Of a stretch of 64,000 nt of DNA, positions 17,700-25,907 are shown one piece after another. Under the pieces are notes generated by a model. That model was not told the DNA's origin. It was given only the letters and a program-made list of their open reading frames with translations, and ran no database searches. Made by a program: the position numbers and the translations under genes. Positions within the stretch are counted from its first letter, which is position 1. The number at the start of each line of letters is the position of its first letter. Source of the stretch: Eubacteriales bacterium (lineage in GTDB: Bacteria > Bacillota > Clostridia > Oscillospirales > CAG-382); contig JBAYZO010000001.1 in the NCBI GenBank assembly GCA_041672465.1, forward strand, positions 18,988 through 82,987. The letters are read 5' to 3'.

Positions 17700-17771
17700 G
17701 CAGGAACGACCTTTCGCAAAACCAAAACAAAGCGGGTTTGGTATGTTATGGCAAGTTTACATAACATTTTC

Positions 17772-17800
17772 TTGACTTTTTTACTTTATTTAACTATAAT
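17772..17800 (+). promoter_or_regulatory. Predicted sigma-A promoter of the solute-binding protein gene
   Basis: TTGACT (17772-17777), 17-nt spacer, TATAAT (17795-17800). Confidence 0.55.
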
Positions 17801-17845
17801 GAATACAATACCCATATTTATAATAGAATACTAAGGAGTCGGCTT

Positions 17846-19381
17846 ATGAGAAAAGTTATTTGCTTTACTTTGGCGGCGATGCTTTTTGTTTCCCTCGCTT
17901 TGTTTTCAATGGCTTCCTGCGCGGAAGATAAGAAACCCGATGCTGCTTCGTCGGGGCCGGAAATCTCGTCCCCCGGCGGCGAGAGCGGCGGCGGCGAGTC
18001 AACCTCGGAAGAACTCATGTACGGCAAGGGCCTTGAGGTTAAAAACCTTGGCGGCAGGGTTATAAACATTCTCTGCCGTGACTGGGGCGGCGGGTCAATA
18101 CAGGGTTACAACGGCGAAGTTATCCAGCGCGACAATTACGACGAAAAAACCGCCGATTCGGTCGATGTCGCGAAATATGAGATAAGACAAATGATAGAAG
18201 AGCGCTACTCCTGCTCGATAAAAGGGGTGCTCGACTCTTCCGCGGCGGGGGATTTCAACAACAGGGTCCGCACCTCGACCATGGGCGGCATAGAGGCGTT
18301 TGACGTTGTTTTCGACGCTTACGGCCACGCCAACCCGCTTGTCACCGAAGGGTATTATGTCGACCTGTTCTCTATCCCCACAATTAATTTCTCAAACCCT
18401 TGGTGGGATGGGAACGCCGTGGAAGACCTTTCAATTTGCAAAAAGCTGTTTTTCGCCTGCGGCGACATTAACACATACGATAACGACGGCACTTGGGTGC
18501 TTTATTTTAATAAAGAACTGCTGGAAAGTTCCCTCCCCGGCGAAAATCTCTACAACCTCGTCTACAACAACGAGTGGACGTTTGATACTTTCGCCGAGAT
18601 AGTAAAAACCGTCTCGGCCGACACCGACGGCAACGACGGGATGAGCGAGTTTGACACCTGGGGGCTCGGCACCGAAACCTATAACATTTACGTCCATGTG
18701 CTTGCCGCCGGGGAAAGGCTTTGCCGGAAAGATTCCGACGGCGTGCCGTTTTTCGATTATCAAAAAGAATCCATGTACTCCGCGCTTGAAAACGTGCTCG
18801 ACTTATACCTTAACGACTCAAAAGTCATGGTGGCAAACGGGGGAAAATACAACCACTACCCCAATGTCTGGGAAGACACCATTATAAAGGCTTTCCGCGA
18901 GGGGCGCGAGCTGTTTTACATGGGCGGGCTTATAAACGCCGTGTCTTACAGGCAGCTTGAGTTTAACTACGGAATTCTTCCGATACCAAAATATTCCTCC
19001 GAACAGGATACCTTTTTCCACTCGGTCTCTTTCCACAATATGTCCTGCATGCTTATCCCCATAGGGCAGTCGGACGAAGATTACTATGACTTGGGGCTTG
19101 TCATTGAGGCTTTGGGGGCGGAATCGAAAAACTACCTCACCCCCGTCTACTACGACAAGGCGCTTAAGGCTAAAAACGCGGAGACCATCGACGACGAAAA
19201 CATGCTTGATATTATTTTCGACTCAAGATGCTTTGACCTCGGCGCGGCGTTCAACTGGGGCGGTCTTGTGTATGAATTTATGAAAATGGATAAAAACTTT
19301 ATCGCCCGCTTTGACACGATAGCAGATAAGGCGCAGGGCGAAATGGAAGACACAATCGAAATGCTCCAAAAGAACAACTGA
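17846..19381 (+). CDS. ABC transporter extracellular solute-binding lipoprotein (large carbohydrate-type SBP), with no adjacent permease or ATPase genes
   Basis: 511 aa. Lipobox FSMASC-AEDK followed by a Gly/Ser-rich tether. Size and sequence style match family-1 sugar/oligosaccharide SBPs. RBS is AAGGAG. Confidence 0.7.
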   Translation: MRKVICFTLAAMLFVSLALFSMASCAEDKKPDAASSGPEISSPGGESGGGESTSEELMYGKGLEVKNLGGRVINILCRDWGGGSIQGYNGEVIQRDNYDEKTADSVDVAKYEIRQMIEERYSCSIKGVLDSSAAGDFNNRVRTSTMGGIEAFDVVFDAYGHANPLVTEGYYVDLFSIPTINFSNPWWDGNAVEDLSICKKLFFACGDINTYDNDGTWVLYFNKELLESSLPGENLYNLVYNNEWTFDTFAEIVKTVSADTDGNDGMSEFDTWGLGTETYNIYVHVLAAGERLCRKDSDGVPFFDYQKESMYSALENVLDLYLNDSKVMVANGGKYNHYPNVWEDTIIKAFREGRELFYMGGLINAVSYRQLEFNYGILPIPKYSSEQDTFFHSVSFHNMSCMLIPIGQSDEDYYDLGLVIEALGAESKNYLTPVYYDKALKAKNAETIDDENMLDIIFDSRCFDLGAAFNWGGLVYEFMKMDKNFIARFDTIADKAQGEMEDTIEMLQKNN

Positions 19382-19420
19382 CACTTACAAAAGCTAACTG
19401 TTAACTAAGGACTGATTTTT

Positions 19421-20272
19421 TTGACAATACCGGAGGGCATAGCGTACGGGCTGTTGCAGGGGATTACGGAATTTCTCCCCGTTTCTTCTTCAGGGCATCT
19501 CGCACTGGCGCAAAACTTTTTCGGGGGGAACGCCGGGGGGGACGGCTATTTCACCTTTATGGTTTTTCTCCACCTCGGTACCCTTGCCGCGGTAATCGCC
19601 GCGTATTATAAAGATGTGTTCGGCATAGTTAAAGCTTTCTTTACCCTTTCGGCAAAGCTTTTTAGGGGAAAACTAAAGGAAGGCCTTGATAAGAGCGAAA
19701 AACTGTTTTTGCTCCTCGCGGCCGCCACCCTCCCGCTTTTCGCCGCCACCGTGTTCGCGGACAAAATAGAAAATCTTATAAATTTAAGCCGGGTTATCGG
19801 CGGGCTCCTTATTATAAACGGGATTATGCTGTTTTTGGCCGATAAAATTAAAAGACCGCCGGTTTCCTTGGGGGAAGAACAAAACGGAAAACACGCCAAG
19901 CCATCCCACGCGCTGATTATAGGTTTTTTCCAGCTCCTTGGGGTTTTGCCGGGGATATCCCGCTCGGGCTCGACTATCACGGGCGGGCTCGCGGTGGGGC
20001 TTGATCGAACCGACGCCGTAAAATTTTCGTTTTTAATGTCTATACCCGCGATAGCGGGGGCGAATATACTTGAGCTTTTTAAAATCAAATCCCACCCGCT
20101 CCCCGCCGGTAGCTCTCCCGCCGTTATCATCGGCGTGCTTACCGCTGCCGCGGCGGGGATGGGAGCGATAAAACTCCTCCAGTACATGGCGAAAAATAAA
20201 AAGCTTACATATTTTTCGGTTTACTGTATTATAGCGGGAGCGGCCGCCATAATAGCGGAGCTGTTTATCTGA
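19421..20272 (+). CDS. uppP: Undecaprenyl-diphosphate phosphatase
   Basis: 283 aa, polytopic membrane protein. BacA/UppP signature motifs EFLPVSSSGHL and PGISRSGSTI are present. TTG start. Confidence 0.9.
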   Translation: MTIPEGIAYGLLQGITEFLPVSSSGHLALAQNFFGGNAGGDGYFTFMVFLHLGTLAAVIAAYYKDVFGIVKAFFTLSAKLFRGKLKEGLDKSEKLFLLLAAATLPLFAATVFADKIENLINLSRVIGGLLIINGIMLFLADKIKRPPVSLGEEQNGKHAKPSHALIIGFFQLLGVLPGISRSGSTITGGLAVGLDRTDAVKFSFLMSIPAIAGANILELFKIKSHPLPAGSSPAVIIGVLTAAAAGMGAIKLLQYMAKNKKLTYFSVYCIIAGAAAIIAELFI

Positions 20273-20310
20273 CTTATCGGATATAAATATTTATTTTTAA
20301 GGTGTTGTAA

Positions 20311-22767
20311 ATGGCAGGAAGTAAAAACTCGTCTCCCTCGGAGGGGTCAAAGTCAAAATCAAAAACAACAACAGCAACAAACAATAAAAAATCGGCGGGA
20401 AGAGCTTTTGATATAACGCCGTATGTTTTGGGCTTTGCCGCCCTGCTTTTGGCGGCTCTCTTCACAATGGAGAGCGCGGGGTTTTTAGGGGACTTTCTCA
20501 CCCCCGTTTTCAAGGGGCTGTTTGGGTTCGGCGTGTTCGCCATCCCTTTTTACCTCATTATTTTAGCCTTGTTTTGGAAGTCAGACAAAAAAAACGGCAC
20601 GGCGTCAAGGGTTTTTTTATGTATCGCCAATTTTGTTTTTCTTCTGCTGCTGTTTCAGCTCCACACCGCCTCACCCGAAGAACGGCAATTTTCCGGTCAG
20701 GGGATTTCATTCCTTAAAGTTTTTTATCAAAACGGGGTAAAGGGAATCGGCGCGGGGGCGCTCGGCGGGAGCGTCGGCAGCGGAATTGAGTTTCTTGTCG
20801 GCACAGCGCTGTCTTATGTCGTCGGTTATCTGATAACGGCGGCGACTTTTGTGTTTATCGTGGGGCTTACCCCCGGCAAAATCTTTGCCTGCGCCGCGTC
20901 GGCGGTTAAAAATACTCTCGCGGCGCGACAAAACAGAAAAGTTAAAAAAGTTAAAGCGAAAACTCCTGTTAAAGAAAAACCCGAACCGCCCGTTCAGGAC
21001 CCTTACACCGGGTTTTATAACGGAAAAACTGCCGCCGACGAGGTTCAAGCCCCCCCTTACAGCTCTATTTTTGACGAAGAACCGGAAGACAGTTTTCTTG
21101 AGGAAACCTCCGGCACGCCCGCTTCTCTCCCCCCCGTTATAACCGAGACAAGCGTTGCGAACGCCGAAACAAAAGAGACGGCCGCGGGAGTCGCTACCCT
21201 GATTGACGAAGAAAAAGAAGACGAGAGCGTTTATGAAACCTCCGAGATAGAGGCGGAAACTTCTTCTCCGGTATATGTGTTCCCGCCGATTTCGCTGCTC
21301 TCCGAAGGGACAAGCGATTTTTTACGAAATTCTTCGCAAAACATCGCCCTCACCGGGCAAAGGCTTATTTCCGTGCTTAAAACATACGGGGTAAAGGCGT
21401 CCATGGTGTCCACAAGCCGGGGCCCCGCCGTCACCCGCTATGAGGTGCTCCCCGACGAAGGCATACGGGTGAGCAGAATAGAGGGGCTTGCCGACGACAT
21501 AAGAATGAGGCTTGCCGCTTCAAGCGTGCGGATTGAGAGCAATATCCCAGGAAAAGCCGCCATAGGCATTGAGATACCGAACGAAACCGCCTCTATTGTC
21601 AAGCTAAGGGATTTGATTGACAACGACTTGTTTAGGAACAACCCCTCAAAGCTGTTTGTCTGTCTTGGCGTTGACGTGGGGGGAAACCCGATTTACTTTG
21701 ATATCCCCGACATGCCTCACCTTCTCATAGCGGGCGCCACGGGAATGGGAAAATCCGTCTGCCTTAACTCGATAATCGTCTCTCTCCTTTACCGGGCAAC
21801 CCCGGACGAGGTTAAATTTATCCTCATAGACCCCAAAAAGATTGAGCTTTCCTCCTTTAACGGAATACCCCATCTCCTTGTCCCGGTGGTCAACGAGCCG
21901 AGAACGGCGGCGGGTTCGCTAAACTGGGCGGTCAACGAAATGGAACGCCGCTACACGCTGCTCGAACAGCTCGGCAACGCCCGCAATCTTGAGGAATACA
22001 ACGAAATGGTAGAGGGCGACCCGGAACGCGAACGGCTCCCCTATATTGTCATTATCATCGACGAGCTTGCCGACCTTATCATGTCGGCGAAAGACGCGGT
22101 GGAAAACTCAATTTGCAGGCTGGCGCAAAAGGCGAGAGCGGCGGGGATTCACCTTGTCGTAGGCACTCAGCGCCCGTCCACGGACGTAATAACCGGGCTT
22201 ATCAAGGCAAACATACCCTCAAGGATCGCCTTTACCGTCTCCCAGTCGGTGGATTCGCGGATAATCCTTGACGAAAACGGCGCCGAGGCGCTGCTCGGCA
22301 AGGGAGACATGATTTACGCGCCCGTCAAGATGATGAAAAAGCTCCGGGTGCAGGGGGCGTATGTGGACGGCAAAACCGAAGTGACCGCTGTCTGCCAGTT
22401 TATTAAAAACGCCGCCAAAGCCGAGTACAGCAAAGACGTTATGAAAATGATAGAAGACGAAGCCAAGCTCTGCGGGGAAAAACCCGGCAGGCGGAGGTTC
22501 GACGACGGCTCGGGCGAGGAAGAAAAAGAAGACGTGCTGTTTTACGACGCCATAGGCGTGGGGTTTGAGTTTGAGACAATGTCAACCTCGCTCCTCCAGA
22601 GAAAGCTTTCCATCGGCTACGCCCGCGCCCAAAAAATTATTGATATGCTTGAGGAAAGGGCGTATGTCGGGAAGTTCGACCCCGCCACAAAAAAGCGCAA
22701 GATACTTATTTCAAGGGAGGAGTATGACGAGCTCAGGCTTAATAAGGAAAGCAAAAGCGGAGATTAA
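20311..22767 (+). CDS. ftsK: DNA translocase FtsK/SpoIIIE
   Basis: 818 aa. N-terminal TM helices are followed by a Pro/Glu-rich linker. The motor domain has Walker A GATGMGKS and Walker B IVIIIDELADL. The C-terminal gamma winged-helix reads LLQRKLSIGYARAQKIIDMLEE. Confidence 0.95.
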   Translation: MAGSKNSSPSEGSKSKSKTTTATNNKKSAGRAFDITPYVLGFAALLLAALFTMESAGFLGDFLTPVFKGLFGFGVFAIPFYLIILALFWKSDKKNGTASRVFLCIANFVFLLLLFQLHTASPEERQFSGQGISFLKVFYQNGVKGIGAGALGGSVGSGIEFLVGTALSYVVGYLITAATFVFIVGLTPGKIFACAASAVKNTLAARQNRKVKKVKAKTPVKEKPEPPVQDPYTGFYNGKTAADEVQAPPYSSIFDEEPEDSFLEETSGTPASLPPVITETSVANAETKETAAGVATLIDEEKEDESVYETSEIEAETSSPVYVFPPISLLSEGTSDFLRNSSQNIALTGQRLISVLKTYGVKASMVSTSRGPAVTRYEVLPDEGIRVSRIEGLADDIRMRLAASSVRIESNIPGKAAIGIEIPNETASIVKLRDLIDNDLFRNNPSKLFVCLGVDVGGNPIYFDIPDMPHLLIAGATGMGKSVCLNSIIVSLLYRATPDEVKFILIDPKKIELSSFNGIPHLLVPVVNEPRTAAGSLNWAVNEMERRYTLLEQLGNARNLEEYNEMVEGDPERERLPYIVIIIDELADLIMSAKDAVENSICRLAQKARAAGIHLVVGTQRPSTDVITGLIKANIPSRIAFTVSQSVDSRIILDENGAEALLGKGDMIYAPVKMMKKLRVQGAYVDGKTEVTAVCQFIKNAAKAEYSKDVMKMIEDEAKLCGEKPGRRRFDDGSGEEEKEDVLFYDAIGVGFEFETMSTSLLQRKLSIGYARAQKIIDMLEERAYVGKFDPATKKRKILISREEYDELRLNKESKSGD

Positions 22768-22850
22768 GCTTTAAAGCTTTTTCGGCGTTTTCTTTTATAT
22801 TTTATATTCCATGCGCGGCTTTTTAAGTTTTAATAATTTTAGCTTTATAT

Positions 22851-22886
22851 AAAATTCCCCCCGGCTAAAGACGGGGGATTTTTTAT
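22851..22886. terminator. Bidirectional terminator between ftsK and the MATE gene
   Basis: CCCCCG-gctaaaga-CGGGGG stem, flanked by AAAATT on one side and ATTTTTTATT on the other. Confidence 0.6.
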
Positions 22887-22903
22887 TATTCCATTCTAAC
22901 GGC

Positions 22904-24307
22904 TTATACCGCCGACAGCGCGTTGTCCGCTATCTTTAATTTTCCGGTATCCATTTTTTTGTAAAGCCTTTTTTTGATAATGATATAAAAGATTAACTGA
23001 ACAATCAAAGTCGCGCTCCAAGAAACGGGATAAGAAACATAAAGGCTGCCGGGCGAGTGATACGCCGGGTTTTTAAACACCGTGTATATCCAAGTCAGCC
23101 GCACCCCGCACACTCCGATTACAGCGATAAACATCGGGGCGAGCGACGAGCCCATTCCCCGTATCGCGCCCGTCATGACGTCCATCATGCCGCACAAAAA
23201 GTAAACGGCGCAGATATATGTCATCCTTGTAAGGCCGTAGCTTATCGCCTCGGAAGAGCCGGATATATAAATCGAAAGCAGCGGTTTCGCGAAGATAAAC
23301 GCGCCGACACCCATCGCGAGCCCGGTGGCGGCGACAAGCGAAAGGCTCCCCGCGAGCACCTTGCCTACCCGGTCTTTCTTGCCCGCGCCGACGTTTTGCC
23401 CGATAAAGTTCATGGCGGTCTGGTAAAACGCGTTCATGGAGACATAGACGAACCCCTCAATATTGGCTGCGGCGGCGTTCCCGGCGATGGCGATATCCCC
23501 AAAAGAATTCACCCCGCTTTGAATAATAACGTTTGAGGCCGAAAAAATTGTTCCCTGCATTCCCGCCGGGAGCCCGATTTTCATAATTCGGATTGCCTCC
23601 GACCTGTGGAACTTCATCTCTTTAATAAACAGCCGGCAGACGTCGCTCCGCCTAACAAGCGCCCTTACGACAAGAAACGCCGCGAGCGCTTGGGTTAAAA
23701 TGGTTGCGAGCGCCACCCCGTCTACGTCCATTCTAAAGAAAATCACAAAAATAAGGTTGAGCGCGACGTTAAGCGCGCCGGCGAGGGTGAGATATAAAAA
23801 TGGGCTTTTTGTGTCCCCTGCCGCCCTGAGTATGGCGGCGCCGAAGTTAAAAATAAGTATGGGGATAATCCCCGAAAAGAAAATTCGCATATATACCGCA
23901 GCGAGTTCAAGCACTTCCGGCGGCGTCCCCATAAGGGTTAAAAAATACTTTGCCCCGAATATCCCCACAAAAGTAAGCACCGCCCCGCCGGCGGCCGCAA
24001 GCGGGAACGCCGTGTGAACCGCGTTGCGGACGGTGTCCTTGTCGCCCGCGCCGATCCCTTGGGCGACGACGACGCTTACCCCGACCGAAAGCCCCATAAA
24101 TAAGTTGACGATAAGATTTATAAGCGAACCGGTAGACCCCATCGCGGCAAAGGGAAGACCGCCGCAGTACTGACCTATGACAATAAGGTCGGCGGCGTTA
24201 AACAGCAAATGGAGCAGCCCCGTAAAAATAATGGGGAGGGTGTAGACCAGCATGTTTTTAAAAAGCGGCCCGTTTACCATGTCCACCGATTTAGTTTTTA
24301 AACGCAT
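22904..24307 (-). CDS. MATE family efflux transporter
   Basis: 12-TM protein with the typical MATE N-terminus (GPLFKNMLVYTLPIIFTGLL) and internal duplication. ATG 24307 (MRLKTKS...) is preferred over the TTG at 24340 used by the track, but the start remains uncertain. Confidence 0.85.
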   Translation of the reverse strand: MRLKTKSVDMVNGPLFKNMLVYTLPIIFTGLLHLLFNAADLIVIGQYCGGLPFAAMGSTGSLINLIVNLFMGLSVGVSVVVAQGIGAGDKDTVRNAVHTAFPLAAAGGAVLTFVGIFGAKYFLTLMGTPPEVLELAAVYMRIFFSGIIPILIFNFGAAILRAAGDTKSPFLYLTLAGALNVALNLIFVIFFRMDVDGVALATILTQALAAFLVVRALVRRSDVCRLFIKEMKFHRSEAIRIMKIGLPAGMQGTIFSASNVIIQSGVNSFGDIAIAGNAAAANIEGFVYVSMNAFYQTAMNFIGQNVGAGKKDRVGKVLAGSLSLVAATGLAMGVGAFIFAKPLLSIYISGSSEAISYGLTRMTYICAVYFLCGMMDVMTGAIRGMGSSLAPMFIAVIGVCGVRLTWIYTVFKNPAYHSPGSLYVSYPVSWSATLIVQLIFYIIIKKRLYKKMDTGKLKIADNALSAV

Positions 24308-24623
24308 ATTGTTTTGATCCCCCAAAGGCTTTTCGCGCAATCAACCTTATTATACAGCAATAAAAACTTAAAACAATATGCAAAAGGAATAGAAAAAACC
24401 GTCAAGCTTCGCGTTTTTTCTTTAATATGACCACAATCCGGTTTACGGCGCGAAAACAAATCAAACCATAACCTCTTTTTACCGACGGGGGCGCAGCACG
24501 CCTTGCGGGTATAAAAAAAATAAACAGGCAAAGCAGCAAATTTTTAATAAATATTTAATACAAATACATTTTATTTGAAAATATGAAAATAATAGTACCA
24601 AGTCAATGAAAGGGGAGAATAAA

Positions 24624-24809
24624 ATGTCTCAACTTAATCTAATGGAACTCCAAACCCTTCGCCATCTCATCGGCGCCCACGACACGGCGGTTCAGAAAAT
24701 GCAATCGTATATCGGGCAGGCAACCGACCCGCAGGTCAAGGCGTTTTTTGAAAAATCTTCGCAGAGCGCCGTGAGTACAAAACAAAAACTAATGGCCTTT
24801 TTGGGATAA
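24624..24809 (+). CDS. Small helical protein paired with a CotF-like gene, function unknown
   Basis: 61 aa counted from ATG 24624, which has an AAAGGGGAG RBS. It is translationally close to the next gene (10-nt gap). Confidence 0.5.
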   Translation: MSQLNLMELQTLRHLIGAHDTAVQKMQSYIGQATDPQVKAFFEKSSQSAVSTKQKLMAFLG

Positions 24810-24819
24810 GGAGTTTAAA

Positions 24820-25065
24820 ATGTTACAAGAAAAAGCAATGGTAAACGATACTTTAGCCGGCATTAAAAGCGAACTGACGCTTTACGCCACGGCGATCGCG
24901 GAATGCGCCAACCAAAACCTCCGCCAGACTATCCAGCAGATAAGGAACAGCTGCGAAACTTCGCAGTACGAACTTTTTCAGATAGCCAGCTCCAAGGGTT
25001 ATTACAAACCCGCCGCGAAAGCAAGCGATTCCGAAATTCAGGAAGTAAAACAGCAGCTCCAATAA
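24820..25065 (+). CDS. Spore coat protein F (CotF)-like domain protein
   Basis: 81 aa. The stretch VNDTLAGIKSELTLYATAIAECANQNLRQTIQQIRNSCETSQYELFQIASSKGYY matches my memory of the Coat_F family pattern. RBS is AAGGAG. Confidence 0.6.
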   Translation: MLQEKAMVNDTLAGIKSELTLYATAIAECANQNLRQTIQQIRNSCETSQYELFQIASSKGYYKPAAKASDSEIQEVKQQLQ

Positions 25066-25098
25066 ACGGTTTTGGCGTTATGCAACTTAAAAACGGGC

Positions 25099-25476
25099 TT
25101 ACCGCCCGTTTTTTTTGTTTCTTAAAAACTCTTTAATCCTCTCGTAACTCTCCTCGCTTAAGTAATGCTCTATTTTACAGGCGTCGGCGTAGGCGGTCTC
25201 CTCGCCCGTTCCGAGAATCATAAAAAACTTAGCGATATTGCAATGCCTTTCGTAAACCGCCTCGGCGATTTTCCTCCCCGATTTTGTAAGGGTGATGTTC
25301 CCCGCCGGAGAAATATCAAGATACCCCGCCTGCGCCAGCTCTCTCAGCGCCACGCTGACGGTGGGTCGGGAATGCCCCATCGCCGCGCAGATATCCGCCT
25401 GCCTCACGTTCTCTTTTTCGCCGCTTATTATAAGTACCCGTTCGAGATAATTTTCAGCCGCTTCATGTATGTTCAC
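25099..25476 (-). CDS. DtxR/MntR-family metal-dependent transcriptional repressor (short form)
   Basis: N-terminal winged-helix segment ENYLERVLIISGEKENVRQADICAAMGHSRPTVSVALRELAQAGYL, plus the dimerisation/metal domain. The probable start is the GTG at 25476, which has GGAGG 8 nt upstream; the track uses the GTG at 25485. The gene is divergent from feoAB. Confidence 0.8.
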   Translation of the reverse strand: MNIHEAAENYLERVLIISGEKENVRQADICAAMGHSRPTVSVALRELAQAGYLDISPAGNITLTKSGRKIAEAVYERHCNIAKFFMILGTGEETAYADACKIEHYLSEESYERIKEFLRNKKNGR

Positions 25477-25582
25477 TCCGTTCACCTCCGATGGGTTGTT
25501 CTTATCTCCGCAACTATATATTTATATATCATAATTAACAATAAAAAGCAATTAATCAATTAAAAATTTTATATATTCGTAC

Positions 25583-25634
25583 TTGACAAAAAAAATCGAA
25601 GGTGGTAATATATATGTGTTAGGATATACTAACA
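25583..25634 (+). promoter_or_regulatory. feoAB promoter with a candidate DtxR-type operator
   Basis: TTGACA (25583-25588), 17-nt spacer, TAATAT (25606-25611). Immediately downstream is the palindrome TGTTAG-gatata-CTAACA (25617-25634), which resembles the TTAGG...CCTAA half-sites of DtxR/IdeR boxes. Confidence 0.45.
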
Positions 25635-25650
25635 AGAAGGAAAAAAAGCT

Positions 25651-25881
25651 ATGAAAACACTTACTCTAAAGGATATAAGCCCCGGTCAGACGGTGAAGAT
25701 CGGCAAGGTGACGGGGGAGGGCGCGATACGCCGCCGCATAATGGATATGGGGATAACAAAAGGCGTTAGCGTCACGGTGCGGAAAACCGCCCCGCTCGGC
25801 GACCCTATTGAGATAACCGTCCGCGGATACGAGCTGTCGCTCCGCAAAGCCGACGCCGAAATGATATTACTTGAAAGCTGA
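25651..25881 (+). CDS. feoA: Ferrous iron transport protein A
   Basis: 76 aa, SH3-like FeoA (L.D...G..V.I..V.G.....RR.MDMGI..G..V.V....PLGDPIEI). Confidence 0.9.
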   Translation: MKTLTLKDISPGQTVKIGKVTGEGAIRRRIMDMGITKGVSVTVRKTAPLGDPIEITVRGYELSLRKADAEMILLES

Positions 25882-25907
25882 CACAAAATTTTTGTGGTCT
25901 TTGTCAT

